64,000 nucleotides of DNA, taken from NCBI GenBank assembly GCA_030390025.1, contig CM059433.1, positions 7,070,001 to 7,134,000 on the forward strand. Direction: 5' to 3'. Numbering within the stretch: position 1 is the stretch's first letter; each line of letters starts with the position of its first letter. Below, in pieces: positions 58,490 through 64,000 of this stretch. Below the pieces are notes generated by a model. That model searched no databases. It had not been told where the DNA came from and was given only the letters and a program-made list of their open reading frames with translations. The position numbers and the translations under genes were made by a program. The DNA comes from Squalus acanthias (lineage: Eukaryota).

Positions 58490-60700
58490 AAGAACTTTCA
58501 TTTATATAGGAACTTTAACATAGAAAAATATCTCAAGGGACTTCATAGAGGTGTGAGGAAAAAATGGACATTGATACTCAGAGGCGTGATCAAAAGCTTA
58601 GTCAAATAAGTGGGTTTTAAAAAGGAGGGGGAGGTGGAGAGGAGGATGGGGTAAAGGAGAGAGTTCCAGAGAGTGGGGCCTAGGCAGCTGAATGCATGCC
58701 TACTAATGATGTGATGAAGGGAGTGGGGGATGCAAAAAAAGCCAGAGTCAGGGGAATGGAGAGTTGGGGTGTGGGTGGGGGTGTGTGGGGGTGGGGGTGT
58801 GTGGGGGTGGGGGAGGGTGTGTGGGGGTGGGGGAGGGGGGGAGGGGGTGGGGGAGGGGGGGAGGGGGAGGGGGGGAGGAGGAGGGGGGGAGGAGGAGGGG
58901 GGGAGGAGGAGGGGGGGAGGAGGAGGGGGGGAGGAGGAGGGGGGGGGAGGAGGAGGGGGGGAGGAGGAGGGGGGGAGGAGGAGGGGGGGAGGAGGAGGGG
59001 GGGAGGAGATGGGGGGGAGGAGGAGGGGGGGAGGAGGAGGGGGGGAGGAGGAGGGGGGAGGAGGAGGAGGAGTGGGGAGGGGGAGGAGGGGGGAGAGGAG
59101 GGGGGAGGGAGGGGGAGGAGGGGGGAGAGGGGGGGAGGAGGGGGGAGAGGGGGGGGAGGAGGGGGGGAGAGGGGGGAGGAGGGGGAGAGGGGGGGAGAGG
59201 GGGGGAGGAGGGGGGAGGAGGGGGGGAGAGGGGGGGAGTAGGGGGGAGGAGGAGGGGGAGAGGGGGGAGGAGGAGGGGGAGAGGGGGGAGGAGGAGGGGG
59301 GGAGGGGGGAGGAGGAGGGGGGGAGGGGGGAGGAGGAGGGGGGGAGGGGGGAGGAGGAGGGGGGGAGGGGGGAGGAGGAGGGGGGGAGGAGGAGGAGGGG
59401 GGGAGGAGGGGGGGGAGGGGGGAGGAGGAGGGGGGGAGGGGGGAGGAGGAGGGGGGAGGAGGAGGGGGGAGGAGGAGGGGGGAGGGGGGAGGAGGAGGGG
59501 GGGAGGGGGGAGGAGGGAGGAGGGGGGAGGAGGAAGGAGGAGGGGGGGAGGAGGAGGGGGAGGGGGGAGGAGGAGGGGGGGGGAGGAGGAGGGGGGGAGG
59601 GGGGAGGAGGAGGAGGGGGGAGGGAGGAGGAGGGGGGAGGGGGGAGGGGGAGGGGGGAGGAGGAGGGGGGAGGGGGGAGGAGGAGGGAAAGGGGGAGGAG
59701 GAGGGAGGGAGGAGGAGGGAAGGGGGAGGAGGGAGGGAGGAGGAGGGAAGGGGGAGGGGGGAGGGGGAGGGGGGAGGGGGAGGGGGGAGGGGGGAGGGGG
59801 GAGGGGGAGGGGGGAGGAGGGGGGAGGGGGGAGGGGGAGGGGGGAGGGGGAGGGGGGGAGGAGGAGGGGGGAGGGGGAGGAGGAGGGGGGGAGGGGGGGA
59901 GGGGGAGGGGGGAGGGGGAGGGGGGGAGGGGGGAGGGGGGGAGGGGGGGAGGGGGAGGAGGAGGGGGGGAGGGGTGCTTGTAATGTTGGAGAAGTTTTAG
60001 AGATAGGGAAAGATGAGGCCATGGTGAGATTCAATCACAAGAATGAAGATTTAAATTTCAAATATTGGGGTACTGGGAGCCAATGTAGGTCAGCGAGGAC
60101 AGGGCTGTTGGGTGAGCAGGATTTGGTGCAAGATAAGATATGGGCAGCAGAGTTTTGGATGAGCTGAACTTTGTGGAGGATGGAGGATGAGAGGCCTGCA
60201 AGGCGGGCATTGGAAGTCAAGTCTGGAGGTGTCAAAGCCATAGATGATGGTTTCAATGGCAGACAGGCTGAGGTAGGAGTGGTGGCAGGTGATGTTACAG
60301 AGGTGGAAGTAGTTAGCCATTGTGATGGAGAGAATATGGGTTTGGAAGCTCAGCTCAGGGTCACATAGTTTGAGAACAGTCTGGTTCAGCTTAAGACATT
60401 GGCCGGGGAAGGGGATGGAGTCATGAGTGAAGCTATAGAGTTATGGCCATTTTGCTTCTGTGGGAGAGATGGAGACCTGTTTAGAGGAATTCAAACAGGT
60501 AGCTGCAGGAGAGATGGCCACAGATCTGAGAGGCAACAACACATTCATGGACTTTGGAGAGAAAAGAGAGGTTGGAAATGGAGCAGCAGTTTACAAGGAC
60601 GGGGTCGAGGATAGTGTTTTTGTGAGACAGGTGATGACAGCGATTAAGGAGAGAGAACAATTTACAATATCAGGTATCATGGGGCCAGGAAGGGAAGTTG
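58490..60700 (-). mobile_element. Decayed L2 LINE split by a G/A-rich expansion
   Basis: LHKVQLIQNSAAHILSCTKSCSPNSPVLADLHWLPVPQYLKFK (60040-60200); L2 3' end at 58490-58760. Confidence 0.8.
58765..59975. repeat. G-rich low-complexity tract ((GGA)n/(G)n mosaic, GT-rich start)
   Basis: About 1.2 kb of almost only G and A on the + strand. Confidence 0.98.
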
Positions 60701-61289
60701 TTGTTTTAGCAAGAAATGTGCAGGGGAATGCTATAAACTGTCAGATGAGAATAAGAAGAAAGATAGTTTACTCTAGGAAGAGAGAATAAAGGTATGTGAA
60801 AATAAATGGGTTATAATAATGGAGGATTTCAATCAACTTGACATTAATTAAAAATGCTCTTGTGGTTTGGAGTCCGAGTTACAAAATGTAATGAACAATT
60901 GCTTCCGGTGTCGGGAGCGGAGAGCGCGACGGTACAGTGAGTATTTAAACTCACTTTCGCGGGCTTTTTTCAGAGGCTTACCAATCTCGCAGACCGGCGG
61001 CGGCGTTTCAGAGCCACGTCACGATTCAAAAAGTGACGTGGGCAAGAGGAAGCAGCTGATTGGGTGAGTACGGCCAGGTGAGTATTTATACTACTCTATA
61101 GTTTGACAGTTAAGGTTAATAGTTTATAAAGTTTAGAAGGTCTTAATTTTGTGGTTATAGTTTCTAAGGTCTCAGTTGTGTAGCGGGGAGTGCTAGTAAA
61201 CAAGGGCCCTTGACTATATCATTTAATTGTAGTGTAATTTGTGGTATTGATTTGATTTAATTTAATTTAAATTAATTAAAGGGTAAGTC

Positions 61290-62239
61290 ATGGCAGCACA
61301 GCTCGGCCCCGTGGCATGCTCCTCCTGCACTATGTGGGAAATCAGGGACACTTCCTGTGTCCCTGACGACCATGTGTGCGGGAAGTGTATCCAACTGCAG
61401 CTACTGGCAGACCGCATTGCGGTGCTGGAGCTGCGAATGGATACATACTGGAGCATTCGCGATGCTGAGGACGTCATGGATATCACGTTTAATGAGTTGG
61501 TCACACCGCAGGTAAAGGCTGCACAGGCAGGAAGGGAATGGGTAACCACCAGGCACAGTAGTAGGCGCAGGCAGGTAGTGCAGGGGTCCTCTGTGGCCAT
61601 CCCCCTTTCGAACAGATATACCGCTTTGGATATTGTTGAGGAGGATGGCTTATCGGGGGAAGGCAGCAGCAACCAACTTCCTGGCACCAAGGGTGGGTCT
61701 GCTGCACAGGATGGGAGGAAAAAGAGCGGGAGAGCTATAGTGATAGGGGATTCTATTATAAGGGGAATAGATAGGTGTTTCTGCGGCCGCAAACAACACT
61801 CCAGGATGGTATGTTGCCTCCCTGGTGCAAGGGTCAAGGATGTCTCGGAGCGGCTGCAGGGCATTCTGGAGGGGGAGGGTGAACAGCCAGTTGTCGTGGT
61901 GCATATAGGTACCAACGATATAGGTAAAAAACGGGATGAGGTCCTAAAAGCTGAATATAGGGAGTTAGGAGGTAAATTAAAAATAGGACCTCAAAGGTAG
62001 TAATCTCAGGATTGCTACCTATGCCACGTACTAGTCAGAGTAGAAATAAAAGGATATTTCAGATGAATACGTGGCTAGAAGAATGGTGCAAGGGGGAGGG
62101 ATTCAAATTCCTGGGACATTGGAACCGGTTCTGGTGGAGGTGGGACCAGTACAAACTGGACGGTTTGCACCTGGGTCGGACCGGGACCGATGTCCTAGGG
62201 GGAGCGTTTGCTAGTGCTGTTGGGGAGGGTTCAAACTAA
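61290..62239 (+). pseudogene. CR1 ORF1 (CxxC..CxxC zinc finger, coiled coil, SGNH/GDSL esterase), frameshifted near 61985
   Basis: CSSC...CGKC; IVIGDSIIRG; VHIGTNDI; DGLHL. Confidence 0.9.
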
Positions 62240-62409
62240 AATGGCAGGGGGTTGGGAACCTGTGCAGGGAGACAGAGGAAAGGGAAGCAAGGATAGAAGC
62301 AAAAGACAGGAAGGAGAAAAGCAGAAGTGGAAGTCAGAGAAATCAAGGGTGTAAATCAAACATGGCCACAGTAAACAATAATTCTAAAAGGTCTAAGAGT
62401 GTTAAAAAA

Positions 62410-64000
62410 CAAGCCTGGAGGCTTTGTGTCTTAATCCGAGGAGCATTCGTAATAAGGTGGATGAAGTAGCTGCGTAAATTGCTGTAAACGGATATGATAT
62501 AATTGGGATTACGGAGACATGGCTCCAGGGTGACCAAGGCTGGGAACTCAACATCCAGGGGTATTCAATATTCAGGAAGGACAGACAAAAAGGAAAAGGA
62601 GGTGGGGTAGCATTGCTGGTTAAAGAGGAGATTAACACAATAGTAAGGAAGGATATTAGCTCTGATGATGTGGAATCTGTATGGGTAGAGCTGAGAAATA
62701 CCAAGGGGCAGAAAACGTTAGTGGGAGTTGTATACAGACCCCCAAACAGTAATGCTGAAGTTGGGGATGGCATTAAACGGGAAATTAGAGATGCATGCAA
62801 TAAAGGCACAGCAGTTATCATGGGTGACTTTAATCTACATGTAGATTAGGCTAACCAAATTAGTAACAATACTGTGGAAGAGGAATTCCTAGAGTGATAC
62901 GGGATGGTTTCCTGGACCAATATGTCGAGGAACCAACTAGAGATCAGGCCATCTTAGACTGGGTATTATGTAATGAGAAAGGATTAATTAGTAATCTTGT
63001 TGTGCGAGGTCCCTTGGGGAGGAGCGATCATAATATGATCGAATTCTTCATTAAGATGGAGAGTGAAGTAGTAGTTGACTCAGAGACTAGGGTACTGAAT
63101 TTAAATAAAGGAAACTACGATGGTATGAGGCGCGAGTTGGCTAGGATGGATTGGGGAATGTTACTTAAAGGGTTTACGGTGGATAGGCAATGGCAAACAT
63201 TTAAAGATCGCATGGATGAACTACAGAATTTGTTCATCCCTGTTTGGCATAAAAATAAAACAAAAAAGGTGACTCAACCGTGGCTAACAAGGGAAATTAG
63301 GGATAGCATAAGATCCAAGGAGAGGACATATAAATTGGCCAGAAAAAGCAGCAAACCTGAGGATTGGGAGCAGTTTAGGATTCAGCAAAGGAGGACAAAG
63401 GGATTAATTAAGAGGGGGAAAATAGAGTATGAGAGTAAGCTTGCAGGGAACATAAAAACTGACTGTAAAAGCTTCTATAGATATGTGAAGAGAAAAAGCT
63501 TGGTGAAGTCAAGCGTAGGTCCCTTGCAGTCAGAATCAGGGGAATTTATAATGGGGAACAAAGAAATGGCAGACCAATTAAATACATACAGTAAACTCTT
63601 TTGTATCCGGCACCGACGGGACCGGGATGGTGCCGGTTGATTAAAAATTCCGGATAACAGAGGGGTAGGCAATTTTTAAAACAAAAAAAATCAGTGACTA
63701 ACTTGGCCACCGCGGGAAACTCGGACTCGGAAAAAAGAAAAATGGATGGATTTGGCAAGATTACCGGCTACCTATTTTGCCGGTTATTAAAGAATTCCGG
63801 TTGATTAGGTGCCGTTTAAACGAGAGTTTACTGTACTTTGGTTCTGTCTTCACAAAGGAGGACACAAATAAGCTCCCAGAGATGTCGGGGAACATAGGGT
63901 CTAATGAGGGAGGACCTGAATGAAATCAGTATTTGTAGGGAAATGGTGTTCGGGAAATTGACGGGATTGAAGGCCGATAAATCCCCAGGGCCTGATAATC
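62410..64000 (+). pseudogene. CR1 ORF2 N-terminus (APE endonuclease), with stops and a MITE insert
   Basis: GITETWL, KGGGVALLV, GVVYRPPN, IMGDFN, ILDWVL, SDHNMIEF; in-frame stops near 62475 and 62847. Confidence 0.92.
63589..63833. mobile_element. Tigger/pogo-like MITE (245 bp) with TA TSD
   Basis: TA|CAGTAAACTCT...AGAGTTTACTG|TA, imperfect ~26-bp TIR. Removing it restores CR1 ORF2 QLNTYFGSVFTKED. Confidence 0.92.

Larger units (their letters stand above)
60900..64000 (+). mobile_element. 5'-complete CR1 LINE (5'UTR, ORF1, ORF2 start; runs off the window)
   Basis: CpG-rich 5' end followed by ORF1 and an APE endonuclease region. Confidence 0.93.

Noticed and set aside
58696..60167. Gly/Glu/Arg-rich and poly-Pro ORFs of 417-467 aa
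   Set aside because: Open on both strands only because a G/A tract lacks stop codons; it lies within a decayed L2.

Overview
Repeat-saturated vertebrate genomic DNA, most likely from a cartilaginous fish (inferred from an HE1/V-type SINE, Deu-type SINEs and CR1/HER1-like LINE tails). I find no intact host protein-coding gene, true tRNA/rRNA or CRISPR array. The window is a nested transposon graveyard. It holds about six decayed PIF/Harbinger DNA transposons (HARBI1-like DDE transposase convergent with a spliced 3-exon Myb/SANT-like gene) plus GGCC-ended MITEs, many CR1 and L2 LINE fragments (one 5'-complete CR1 at 60.9-64 kb), Penelope-like elements (PLEs), SINEs, a solo LTR, a Tigger/pogo-like MITE, a 3.9-kb 37-bp minisatellite and a 1.2-kb G/A tract. 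Most notable: (i) two families of minimal type-I hammerhead ribozyme motifs in PLE termini, including a ~300-bp self-complementary mini-PLE with a hammerhead on each strand; (ii) a minisatellite amplified from the branch-point region of a Harbinger intron; (iii) three locally templated insertions; (iv) two inverted sister pairs of Harbingers, and ATT-like TSDs at several Harbinger/MITE ends; (v) a MITE family carrying a CTCF-like motif. Coordinates and alignments were done by eye; element boundaries without TIR/TSD support are approximate.
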